This document shows, one piece after another, positions 52,228 to 63,688 of a DNA stretch of 64,000 bases. A model generated the notes under the pieces. It searched no databases. It was not told the DNA's origin and worked only from the letters and a program-made list of their open reading frames with translations. Both the position numbers and the translations under genes were made by a program. Position 1 is the first letter of the stretch. Each line of letters begins with the position of its first letter. This stretch comes from Felis catus. Lineage: Eukaryota. The stretch covers positions 52,081,815 to 52,145,814 of the forward strand of contig NC_058368.1 in assembly GCF_018350175.1 (NCBI RefSeq), read 5' to 3'.

Positions 52228-52722
52228 TGGCCAGCTGTTGCTAGTTGCACAGCTGTGCTCTGGGTTGCTACACTGGTTTAAAGTAACATTGTTCCAGAGC
52301 TCGTATTGAGCCTTGTGATATATTTTACAGCACCATACACATTTTTGTATTTTAGGGACATGAAATTGATATGATGCTAAATAAAAAATGTTGAAAGTTT
52401 TATTTTGCTCAAAAGAGTCAAGTTGTGAGCTATTTAACTGGGGCTATTTAATGCCATAGTTCACAATGTCACAGTATTTTTTAAAAAATGATCTCTGTCC
52501 TTATTTCACACATCTCTTTTTAAGAGGAAAAGTTGAGTGCATGAAGAATTTATAAGGATAAAGTATTTAAAATGTACTGGCTTCAAAACAAGTCTTTTTT
52601 CCCTAGAACATTATTAGTTATAGGCAAACTATATTCTCCCCCCCTGCCCAAATCTGTATTTTAATGTATATTAGAGTTTAAAAATAAATGTTTGTATTCT
52701 TCCTTAAGAATTCTTGAAAGGA

Positions 52723-52921
52723 TGGGGTGCCTGGGTGGCTCAGTCTGTTAAGTGTCTAACTCTTGATTTTGGCGCAGGTCATGATCTCACAGTTCTTAAG
52801 ATCAAGCCTTGCATGCCGGCAGCAGGACTTTGCTTGGGGTTCTCTGTCTCCCTCTCTTTCTGCCCCTCCCCTGCTTGTGCTCTCTCTCTCTCTCTCAAAA
52901 TAAATAAATAGAAACTTAAAT
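52723..52921 (+). mobile_element. Can-SINE
   Basis: GGGGTGCCTGGGTGGCTCAG head; TSD AATTCTTGAAAGG. Confidence 0.92.
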
Positions 52922-54016
52922 AATTCTTGAAAGGGCAAGTGATGGGTTATAGATTTTGTTTAAAAAATTCTGTGTTAAAAAAACAAATTAAATATGAAAC
53001 TTTAATAGATTATAAGTTAAAATTATGGCCATTATCTAGAGAAACCAACTGCAAAGAGAGAAAAGGTATGTTTCTCTTTTCTTTTTATATACTATATAGG
53101 CAAAGCTATACACAATAAAATAACCTAAAGACATGTATCAGACCCCCTCTCACTCTAGCCCATCCCCAATTACTGCATGTATGAAGCACACTACTTTCCC
53201 ACCTCCTGTTAGAGGATAAAGAACCATTTTATGTATGACACACAACAAACAGAGTTCTTTCTCTTCTATTTTCTCTTGTCTTCTACTGTGTCCTCCTCTA
53301 AGTAGCTCAAGTGTTATAGCCAGCCCAGTCTTCACTAGCACAGATGACCAAGGAAGCCATCACAGTGTTCTCAGGGACGCCCCTTCCCTAATATAGCTGT
53401 CCCACTACATGCAATGTGCCAGAGTTCTACCATTAGAGATTAATTCCTTTGAAAAGGCACTGTATCTCCAGGAGCGATCTATAATAACTAAATTAAAAAA
53501 CAAATTATCTGTCAGAATATAAAACCTTGAGGTCCTAACTTTTAAGATAGAGGGATTTTAAATGAGCTATGAGATAGAACTGAACCATAAAGGAAAAAAA
53601 AAAAAAAACCTTGATAATATTCCACTGAGAAGGGCTACAGAGAGGACGTGCAGACAGCAGGGGCTCAGAAGGACAGAAGAGATGGCTTACCTCGTTCTTT
53701 TCTTTCTTCCTCCCTTCAGTCTGGTATGGGTAGGTGGCTCTCAGGACCACACAATCTCTCTAGCACATTCAGACTTTTCTCAGCCAAGTAGTAGCAAGCG
53801 AATTTCTACCCTCATAATTCTTTTGCTTTATTCTCCATCTTGAGGGCAAAAGTCTAGAGAATACAAAGAAACTCAACATTGTTGTTTATGTTTTATGGCC
53901 TAGTATTTTAAATTGCACTAATAGAAAAGAACATGGAATCTGTAATTATTTGAAAAAAAAATGTATGGGGAGGGAAGAGAGATCTTTGCCAACCTCACTT
54001 CAAGAAATAACTTGCT

Positions 54017-54945
54017 GGACTTGGTGGAAGATGGCGGCGTAGGAGGACGCTGGGCTCACCGCGCGTCCTGCTGATCACTTAGATTCCACCTACACCTGCC
54101 TAAATAACCCAGAAAACCGCCAGAGGATTAGCAGAACGGAGTCGCCGGAGCCAAACGCAGACGAGAGGCCCACGGAAGAGGGTAGGAAGGGCGGCGAGGC
54201 GGTGCGCGCTCCACGGACTGGCGGGAGGGAGCCGGGGCGGAGGGGCGGCTCGCCGGCCAAGCAGAGCCCCCGAGTCTGGCTGGCAAAAGCGGAGGGGCCT
54301 GACGGACTGTGTTCCGACAGCAAGCGCGACTTAGCGTCTGGGAGGTCATAAGTTAACAGCTCTGCTCGGAAAGCGGGAAGGCTGGAGGACAAAGGGAGGG
54401 AGAGCTGCTGAGCCCCCAGACGACACAGCTCAGTTTGGCGGGGAACAAAGGCGCTCGCCAGCGCCATCTCCCCCGCCCATCCCCCAGCCAAAATCCCAAA
54501 GGGAACCAGTTCCTGCCAGGGAACTTGCTCGCTCCGCGCAAACACCCAACTCTGTGCTTCTGCGGAGCCAAACCTCCGGCAGCGGATCTGACTCCCTCCC
54601 GCTGCCACAGGGCCCCTCCTGAAGAGGATCACCTAAGGAGAAGCAATCTAAGCCTGCCCCTCCTGCCCCTGTCCACCTTGCCTACCCACCCCAGCTAATA
54701 CGCCAGATCCCCAGCATCACAAGCCTGGCAGTGTGCAAGTAGCCCAGACGGGCCACACCACCCCACAGTGAATCCCGCCCCTAGGAGAGGGGAAGAGAAG
54801 GCACACACCAGTCTGACTGTGGCCCCAGCGGTGGGCTGGGGGCAGACATCAGGTCTGACTGCGGCCCCGCCCACCAACTCCAGTTATACACCACAGCACA
54901 GGGGAAGTGCCCTGCAGGTCCTCACCATGCCAGGGACTATCCAAA
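54017..54945 (+). promoter_or_regulatory. L1 5'UTR internal Pol II promoter (CpG-rich)
   Basis: YY1-type AAGATGGCGGC about 12 nt from the 5' end; high CpG density. Confidence 0.85.
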
Positions 54946-55839
54946 ATGACCAAGCGGAAGAACTCCCCTCAGAAGAATCTCCAGGAAATAACAACAGCTA
55001 ATGAGCTGATCAAAAAGGATTTAAATAATATAACAGAAAGTGAATTTAGAATAATAGTCATAAAATTAATCGCTGGGCTTGAAAACAGTATACAGGACAG
55101 CAGAGAATCTCTTGCTACAGAGATCAAGGGACTAAGGAACAGTCACGAGGAGCTGAAAAACGCTTTAAACGAAATGCATAACAAAATGGAAACCACCACA
55201 GCTCGGCTTGAAGAGGCAGAGGAGAGAATAGGTGAACTAGAAGATAAAGTTATGGAAAAAGAGGAAGCTGAGAAAAAGAGAGATAAAAAAATCCAGGAGT
55301 ATGAGGGGAAAATTAGAGAACTAAGTGATACACTAAAAAGAAATAATATACGCATAATTGGTATCCCAGAGGAGGAAGAGAGAGGGAAAGGTGCTGAAGG
55401 GGTACTTGAAGAAATAATAGCTGAGAACTTCCCTGAACTGGGGAAGGAAAAAGGCACTGAAATCCAAGAGGCACAGAGAACTCCCTTCAGATGTAACTTG
55501 AATCGATCTTCTGCACGACATAGCATAGTGAAACTGGCAAAATACAAGGATAAAGAGAAAATTCTGAAAGCAGCAAGGGGTAAACATGCCCTCACATATA
55601 AAGGGAGACCTATAAGACTCGTGACCCATCTCTCTTTTGAAACTTGGCAGGCCAGAAAGAATTGGCACGAGATTTTCAGGGTGCTAGACAGAAAAAATAT
55701 GCAGCCGAGAATCCTTTATCCAGCAAGTCTGTCATTTAGAATAGAAGGAGAGATAAAGGTCTTCCCAAACAAACAAAAACTGAAGGAATTTGTCACCACT
55801 AAACCAGCCCTACAAGAGATCCTAAGGGGGATCCTGTGA
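54946..55839 (+). CDS. L1 ORF1p (297 aa RNA-binding chaperone: coiled coil, RRM, CTD), open frame
   Basis: [10 protein letters not shown]..., heptad coiled coil, [37 protein letters not shown] motifs; ATG at 54946 within track ORF 54907-55839. Confidence 0.95.
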   Translation: MTKRKNSPQKNLQEITTANELIKKDLNNITESEFRIIVIKLIAGLENSIQDSRESLATEIKGLRNSHEELKNALNEMHNKMETTTARLEEAEERIGELEDKVMEKEEAEKKRDKKIQEYEGKIRELSDTLKRNNIRIIGIPEEEERGKGAEGVLEEIIAENFPELGKEKGTEIQEAQRTPFRCNLNRSSARHSIVKLAKYKDKEKILKAARGKHALTYKGRPIRLVTHLSFETWQARKNWHEIFRVLDRKNMQPRILYPASLSFRIEGEIKVFPNKQKLKEFVTTKPALQEILRGIL

Positions 55840-55889
55840 GACAAAGTACCAGAGACATCACTACAAGCATAAAACATACAGACATCACA

Positions 55890-58800
55890 ATGACTCTAAA
55901 CCCATATCTTTCTGTAATAGCACTGAATGTAAATGGAGTAAATGTGCCAACCAAAAGACATAGGGTATCAGAATGGATAAAAAAACAAGACCCATCTATT
56001 TGCTGTCTACAAGAGACTCATTTTAGACCTGAGGACACCTTTAGATTGAGAGTGAGGGGATGGAGAACTATTTATCATGCTACTGGAAGCCAAAAGAAAG
56101 CTGGAGTAGCCATACTTATATCAGACAAACTAGACTTTCAATTAAAGGCTGTAACAAGAGATGAAGAAGGGCATTATATAATAATTACAGGGTCTATCCA
56201 TCAGGAAGAGCTAACAATTATAAATGTCTATGCGCGGAATACCGGAGCCCCCAAATATATAAAACAATTACTCATAAACATAAGCAACCTTATTGATAAG
56301 AATGTGGTAATTGCAGGGGACTTTAACACTCCACTTACAGAAATGGATAGATCATCTAGACACAGGATCAATAAAGAAACAAGGGCCCTGAATGAGACAT
56401 TGGATCAGATGGCCTTGACAGATATATTTAGAACTCTGCATCCCAAAGCAACAGAATATACTTTCTTCTCGAGTGCACATGGAACATTCTCCAAGATAGA
56501 TCATATACTGGGTCACAAAACAGCCCTTCATAAGTTCACAAGAATTGAAATTATACCATGCATACTTTCAGACCAAAATGCTATGAAGCTTGAAATCAAC
56601 CACAGGAAAAAGTCTGGAAAACCTCCAAAGGCATGGAGGTTAAAGAACACCTTACTAAAGAATGAGTGGGTCAACCAGGCAATTAGAGAAGAAATTAAAA
56701 AATATATGGAAACAAACGAAAATGAAAATACAACAATCCAAACGCTTTGGGACGCAGCGAAGGAAGTCCTGAGAGGAAAATACATTGCAATCCAGGCCTA
56801 TCTCAAGAAACAAGAAAAATCCCAAATACAAAATCTAACAGCACACCTAAAGGAACTAGAAGCAGAACAGCAAAGGCAGCCTAAACCCAGCAGAAGAAGA
56901 GAAATAATAAAGATCAGAGCAGAAATAAACAATATAGAATCTAAAAAAACTGTAGAGCAGATCAACGAAACCAAGAGTTGGTTTTTTGAAAAAATAAACA
57001 AAATTGACAAACCTCTAGCCAGGCTTCTCAAAAAGAAAAGGGAGATGACCCAAATAGATAAAATCATGAATGAAAATGGAATGATTACAACCAATCCCTC
57101 AGAGATACAAAAAATTATCAGGGAATACTATGAAAAATTATATGCCAACAAATTGGACAACCTGGAAGAAATGGACAAATTCCTAAACACCCACACTCTT
57201 CCAAAACTCAATCAGGAGGAAATAGAAAGCTTGAACAGACCCATAACCAGTGCAGAAATTAAATTGGTTATCAAAAATCTCCCAACAAATAAGAGTCCAG
57301 GACCAGATGGCTTCCCAGGGGAGTTCTACCAGACGTTTAAAGCAGAGATAATACCTATCCTTCTCAAGCTATTCCAAGAAATAGAAAGGGAAGGAAAACT
57401 TCCAGACTCATTCTATGAAGCCAGTATTACTTTGATTCCTAAACCAGACAGAGACCCAGTAAAAAAAGAGAACTACAGGCCAATATCCCTGATGAATATG
57501 GATGCAAAAATTCTCAATAAGATACTAGCAAATAGAATTCAACAGCATATGAAAAGAATTATTCACCATGATCAAGTGGGATTCATTCCTGGGATGCAGG
57601 GCTGGTTCAGCATTCACAAATCATCAACGCGATACATCACGTTAATAAAAAAAAAGAGAAGAACCATATGATCCTGTCAATCGATGCAGAAAAGGCCTTT
57701 GACAACATCCAGCACCCTTTCTTAATAAAAACCCTTGAGAAAGTCGGGATAGAAGGAACATACTTAAAGATCATAAAAGCCATTTATGAAAAGCCCACAG
57801 CTAACATCATCCTCAACGGGGAAAAACTGAGAGCTTTTTCCCTGAGATCAGGAACACGACAGGGATGCCCACTCTCACCGCTGTTGTTTAATATAGTGTT
57901 GGAAGTTCTAGCATCAGCAATCAGACAACAAAAGGAAATCAAAGGCATCAAAATTGGCAAAGATGAAGTCAAGCTTTCGCTTTTTGCAGATGACATGATA
58001 TTATACATGGAAAATCCGATAGACTCCACCAAAAGTCTGCTAGAACTGATACATGAATTTAGCAAAATTGCAGGATACAAAATCAATGTACAGAAATCAG
58101 TTGCATTCTTATACACTAACAATGAAGCAACAGAAAGACAAATAAACTGATCCCATTCACAATTGCACCAAGAAGCATAAAATACCTAGTAATAAATCTA
58201 ACCAAAGATGTAAAAGATCTGTATGCTGAAAACTATAGAAAGCTTATGAAGGTAATTGAAGAAGATATAAAGAAATGGAAAGACATTCCCTGCTCATGGA
58301 TTGGAAGAATAAATATTGTCAAAATGTCAATATTACCCAAAGCTATCTACACGTTCAATGCAATCCCAATCAAAATTGCACCAGCATTCTTCTCGAAACT
58401 AGAACAAGCCATCCTAAAATTCATATGGAACCACAAAAGGCCCCGAATAGCCAAAGTAATTTTGAAGAAGAAGACCAAAGCAGGAGGCATCACAATCCCA
58501 GACTTTAGCCTCTACTACAAAGCTGTAATCATCAAGACAGCATGGTATTGGCACAAAAACAGACACATAGACCAATGGAATAGAATAGAAACCCCAGAAC
58601 TAGACCCACAAACATATGGCCAACTCATCTTTGACAAAGCAGGAAAGAACATCCAATGGAAAAAAGACAGTCTCTTTAACAAATGGTGCTGGGAGAACTG
58701 GACAGCAACATGCAGAAGGTTGAAACTAGACCACTTTCTCACACCATTCACAAAAATAAACTCAAAATGGATATAGGACCTGAATGTGAGACAGGAAACC

Positions 58801-59710
58801 ATCAAAACCCTAGAGGAGAAAGCAGGAAAAGACCTATCTGACCTCAGCCGTAGCAATGTCTTACTTGACACATCCCCAAAGGCAAGGGAATTAAAAGCAA
58901 AAATGAACTATTGGGACCTTATGAAGATAAAAAGCTTCTGCACAGCAAAGGAAACAACCAACAAAACTAAAAGGCAACCAACGGAATGGGAAAAGATATT
59001 CGCAAATGACATATCGGACAAAGGGCTAGTATCCAAAATCTATAAAGAGCTCACCAAACTCCACACCCAAAAAACAAATAACCCAGTGAAGAAATGGGCA
59101 GAACACATGAATAGACACTTCTCTAAAGAAGACATCCAGATGGCCAACAGGCACATGAAAAGATGTTCAACGTCACTCCTTATCAGGGAAATTACAAATC
59201 AAAACCACACTCAGATATCACCTCACGCCAGTCAGAGTGACCAAAATGAACAAATCAGGAGACTATAGATGCTGGAGAGGATGTGGAGAAACGGGAACCC
59301 TCTTGCACTGTTGGTGGGAATGCAAACTGGTGCAGCCACTCTGGAAAACAGTGTGGCGGTTCCTCAAAAAATTAAAAATAGACCTACCCTATGACCCAGC
59401 AATAGCACTGCTAGGAATTTACCCAAGGGATACAGGAGTACTGATGCATAAGGGCACTTGTACCCCAATGTTCATAGCAGCACTGTCAACAATAGCCAAA
59501 TTATGGAAAGAGCCTAAATGTCCATCAACTGATGAATGGATAAAGAAATTGTGGTTTATATACACAATGGAATACTACGTGGCAATGAGAAAGAATGAAA
59601 TATGGCCTTTTGTAGCAACGTGGATGGAACTGGAGAGTGTGATGCTAAGTGAAATAAGCCATACAGAGAAAGACAGATACCATATGGTTTCACTCTTATG
59701 TGGATCCTGA
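55890..59710 (+). pseudogene. L1 ORF2p (APE endonuclease, reverse transcriptase, Cys-rich domain), disrupted
   Basis: EN motifs NVNG, QETH, GDFN, IDHI; RT motifs [29 protein letters not shown]...HCWWEC; frameshifts near 57623, 58146 and 59191 and an in-frame TAG at 58774-58776. Confidence 0.95.
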
Positions 59711-59993
59711 GAAACTTAACAGGAACCCATGGGGGAGGGGAAGGAAAAAAAAAAAAGAGGTTAGAGTGGGAGAGAGCCAAAGCATAAGAGACTGTTAAAA
59801 ACTGAGAACAAACTGAGGGTTGATGGGGGGTGGGAGGGAGGGGAGGGTGGGTGATGGGTATTGAGGAGGGCACCTTTTGGGATGAGCACTGGGTGTTGTA
59901 TGGAAACCAATTTGACAATAAATTTCATATATTGAAAAAAAAAAAAAAGAAGAACCTGAGCCTACAAAGTAGGCACTCTGACCCTCAAAAAAA

Positions 59994-60025
<32 letters not shown>

Positions 60026-60439
60026 AATAACTTGCTTTGAAATTTCTAAAAATGGAATATTACAGTACATCACACATATCTTTACATCATTATAATAGCT
60101 ACTGACCTTTTTCAGAAAATGCTTTCTAAACATTTATTTCTTTTTAAACCCTTTTACTTTAGAGCAGAAGTTCTTTTGACCTTGTGTTGAGCATTATTAT
60201 GTATTTCATGGCACCTGGAATACTTTTCTGTGTCAGAAAAATAAAATAAAAATATAAACAATAAAATAAAAATAGCATTGATGCAATAAAAATAGCATTC
60301 ATGCAATGATGAAATGAAACATTAAATGAAAGTTGTGGGAAAGCCTTCTATTGTATTGAAATGTCAAAGGTGTGATGCATTTGAGGACATGCACGTATTG
60401 AATGCCATGGTTAGTGCCATATATGATTCTGAGTGCTTT

Positions 60440-60580
60440 GCCTTTACAGTCATCACAATGATCAATAAGAAGGGCATAATTAGTGTCCCCATTTTACATG
60501 TAGGGAAACAGAAGAGTTGAATCGTTCATCAAGAGTCACAGAGCTGGGTTTGAACCCAGGCAGTCTGGAACTATGAACAG
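60440..60580 (-). mobile_element. MIR fragment
   Basis: TGTCCCCATTTTACATGTAGGGAAACAGA...GAGCTGGGTTTGAACCCAGGCAGTCTGG. Confidence 0.7.
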
Positions 60581-60987
60581 AAGCAATACTTTATATCACC
60601 TCTTTGCAACAAACTGGTGACCGTGGGCAAACAACTCTTTGAAGATGATTCTTATTTCATTAAGAGCTTCCTCTACAGTGAATGGAAATGTACTCCTCTA
60701 TTCAACTCTATAGGGCAAGTAGAAAGGCAAAAACAATAAAGGATTGGAGTCGATCATTCTATACTCTGATATATATGTGCATTTATCACATTCTCCTGTG
60801 TTTGTCTAGTCATTACATATATATGTGCGTGTGTGTGTTGTCAGTGGTCCAAGCTTAGCTCTTTCACCCTGGCCCTGTGACATGATTGTATCTGGATCTG
60901 GTGAGAGGTGAAGGGAGGACGGGTTGCATAACAGAATGGAGAAAAGACCCCCAGCCCCATCCCTAGGCAGATAAGATGCCCAGTTTT

Positions 60988-61027
60988 AAAACAAACAAAC
61001 AAACAAACAAACAAACAAACAAACAAA
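60988..61027. repeat. (AAAC)n microsatellite
   Basis: AAAC repeated about nine times. Confidence 0.9.
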
Positions 61028-61449
61028 AGCCTTAGTTCTTGGCCCAGAGAGATGATTCGAAATACAGCATGAGCTTTCCCTTTATCCATTTATCTCCCTG
61101 TCCAGACCCTCATGGAATCATGTCTGCATCTTGTGAGGGCAGCGGGGCTGTTTGAGCAGGAACTTTGTAAGACTTCTGGCCATGAGGAGCACTGCTCTGA
61201 GTCTCCTCACTTTCTGAGGAAGGCATCCTCTCTCTACCACGTGCAGAGCTGCATGTGACCTGCTGACACAAGATGAGTCAGGCAGTGCACGCCGTGGGCA
61301 TCTCCAGACAGGCGCCTCCGTGGTGTCTGCCCCCAGATCATGGCAGGGTGCCCAGTTAGGTGGGAGGAAGAACGACCTCTTGCTTCAAATTGTATTTCAT
61401 TCTATGAAAAGGTATGTGTTCTTGGCTCCAGGACATCGGGATAGGGACA

Positions 61450-61690
61450 CTGTGGAGTATGGTGGTTGGGAGTGGTGGCTTTGGAGTATGAAAATGCAGG
61501 TGGGACGCCTGGGTCTGCTGCTGTCCACCTTTGTGACTTTACAAAAATCACTTAACCACCCCAAGCCTCAGTATTCCTCATCTATGGAATGGGGGTAATG
61601 ACAGTTTCTATTTCATATAATTGTTGATTTAAATTAGGGATAGTCCAAGATGCAGAATTGAAGATGTTATGTAAATACCTGCATAACCAC
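61450..61690 (+). mobile_element. MIR
   Basis: TGTGACTTTACAAAAATCACTTAACCACCCCAAGCCTCAGTATTCCTCATCTATGGAATGGGGGTAATG. Confidence 0.75.
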
Positions 61691-61717
61691 TTAAAAGTAA
61701 CTATTTAAAATTTTTAG

Positions 61718-61810
61718 TAGGGCACCTGTTGGGATGAGCACTGGGTGTTGTATGGAAACAAGTTTGACAATAAATTTCATATAAAAAACCAAATAAACAT
61801 TAAAGAGTAA
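61718..61810 (+). mobile_element. Severely 5'-truncated felid L1 (last ~65 nt plus tail)
   Basis: GGGCACCTGTTGGGATGAGCACTGGGTGTTGTATGGAAAC..TTTGACAATAAATTTCATAT nearly matches 59868-59932; TSD TAAAATTTTTAG at 61706-61717 and 61811-61822. Confidence 0.9.
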
Positions 61811-62675
61811 TAAAATTTTTAGAGCTATTCTTATACATGGCTTGTAAATAACACGTAAATAGGCAGTGAACCACATTTGGCCTATGGACTAATTTGCTAA
61901 CCATTTCCTAAATGATTAACTTGATGCCTGGCCCATAATGAGCAGTAGCTTAGATGACTCCTGCTATTACTGAAGCCTCTTGGATTCAGGTTGTGCAAAT
62001 CTTAAAAGCTAATCCAGAGGTTGGTTGAATTGTGTACGTATCAGCGATAGAGCATTTTTATTTTCTTAGCGGTAGAACATCCCCATTCCCTCAGTCCTAC
62101 GAAGGATATTTTTTTGAATGAAGACTTCAATCAAAAAAAGTTCTGAGACAAAACCTCCCAGGAGGCAGGTCTTAAGAAACAGTCGATGACATGCCTTTTA
62201 AGTGGGAAGAAATAGCTATCTTTTGATTTTTTTTCCCTTTTCTTTATGTTTCTCTTCTTCTTTCTTTCTGTTTCCCTTTGCTTGTTGGGGTTTTCTGACC
62301 GAGAGTAAAAACCAAGTTGCTCAGTACAATGGAAGAAATCAGAGAGATTGTGTGTGCGTGGGGCAGATGGATGCAGAACTGAGGGAATGGAGGAAAACTT
62401 GGTTGAAAAGGTCCTAGAGGAAAGAATAAACATGGTTCAAATGACATTTTTAAAACATTGCAGTGAAAACTTTTCCCATTTCCCATAGACATGTGTTATT
62501 TGCCCATGCTTCGGCAGGGTGCATCTGTTTTTGGATGAGAGGATAGGGAATGTGAGAAGGGCCTCATTATGGACACAGGGCAAAGCCACAGTCAGCCATG
62601 GAGGCCACTCATCTGTTTGACTATCATGAGCCTGTTTACTGAGAGCAGAGTTTGGGAGTCAGACAGACTGATTCT

Positions 62676-62718
62676 TTTTTTTTTTTTTTAATTTTTAAAA
62701 GTTTGTTTGTTTGTTTGT

Positions 62719-62761
<43 letters not shown>

Positions 62762-62949
62762 TTTTTGGGAGAGAGAGCGCAAATGAGTAGGGGAGGGCCA
62801 GAGAGAGAGAGGGAGAGAGAATCCCAAGCAGGTTCTGCATTGTTAGCACAGAGCCCAGTGCAGGGCTCTAACTTATGAACTGTGAGCTCATGACCTGAGC
62901 CTAAAACCAACACTCGGAGGCTTCACCAACTGAGCCACCCGGGCGCCCC
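62676..62949 (-). mobile_element. Can-SINE with (TTTG)n/(TTTA)n microsatellite tail
   Basis: GAATCCCAAGCAGG...GAGCCACCCGGGCGCCCC; TSD CAGACAGA(A)CTGATTCT. Confidence 0.92.
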
Positions 62950-63469
62950 ACAGACAGAACTGATTCTAACCGAAGCCTAAAGCTCCAGTGGTTGTTTTGT
63001 GTTTTTGTTTTTAGCAGCACAAGTTGGGAAATCTACTTGATTGCCATCAGTGTGAATAGCTGTCTTTGTAAAGTAAACAAATGAATCATTTTGCTCTGGG
63101 AATAAATAAAATAGTAGCTACGAAACACTTAGAATCTGCTACAGAATACATTTCCTCAGAGGGTTATTGTAGTACGTCTTCACAAAGTACACTGGAGAGA
63201 CGTTGCCCGTGGGAAATGCAGGTAATCAGGGCAAACGACTCTCCTGGAGGCAGAGGAAGGGGGACTCTACTGGAGGAAGTCAGAGGCACGAAGACCACAA
63301 TGGCACAAGCTATCAGTCATACATGTTTCTAAAACTCTTTCATTCCAGTGGACTCAAGAGCAAATGAGGGAAGCCTGTAGCCCGGGGATCTGAAGAAGTA
63401 GTTCCAAGCAATCCCACAGATGAAGTAGCAGACAAGAGGTCCCATGTTTAGATTTGTCTGATCGTTAGT

Positions 63470-63688
63470 ACTGCTGATGGCTGGCAGCATTCATCTATTG
63501 ACACTTTGGCCTAGAGAATTCTTTGTGATGGGGGTGTCCTGTGCACTGAAGAATATTAAGCGGCATCTCTGGCTTCTACCCAACAGAAGCCAGGAGCAGC
63601 CCCCTCTGGGTGTGAAAACAAATTGTCTTATTATCTATGTAGCCAAGTGTCTCCTGGGGAGCAAAGTCATCCCTGGTTGAGAAACACC
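63470..63688. mobile_element. MER20 hAT-Charlie MITE
   Basis: TATTGACACTTTGG, GTCCTGTGCACTG, GGCATCTCTGGCTTCTACCCA, GCCAAGTGTCTCCTGGGG, CCCTGGTTGAGAAACAC. Confidence 0.8.

Larger units (their letters stand above)
54017..60021 (+). mobile_element. Full-length felid LINE-1 (L1_Fc-like), retrotransposition-defective
   Basis: CpG-rich 5'UTR, ORF1, 50-nt spacer, ORF2, G-rich 3'UTR, AATAAA 59917-59922, poly(A); perfect 15-bp TSD AAGAAATAACTTGCT at 54002-54016 and 60022-60036. Confidence 0.98.

Noticed and set aside
501..52938. Many 60-126 aa ORFs containing AQVMIS / SLEPASDSVSPSLS / GAPGWLS
   Set aside because: Recurrent translations of Can-SINE bodies, not genes.
55143..58871. Antisense ORFs within L1 ORF1/ORF2 (e.g. 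55143-55595, 57784-58122, 58515-58871)
   Set aside because: Shadow frames of L1 coding sequence with no independent evidence.
47270..60307. Small tandem duplications (CTTCCCAGCTT x2 at 47270; a 20-bp AATAGCATT.ATGCAAT unit x2 near 60270)
   Set aside because: Ordinary replication-slippage products with no motif of note.
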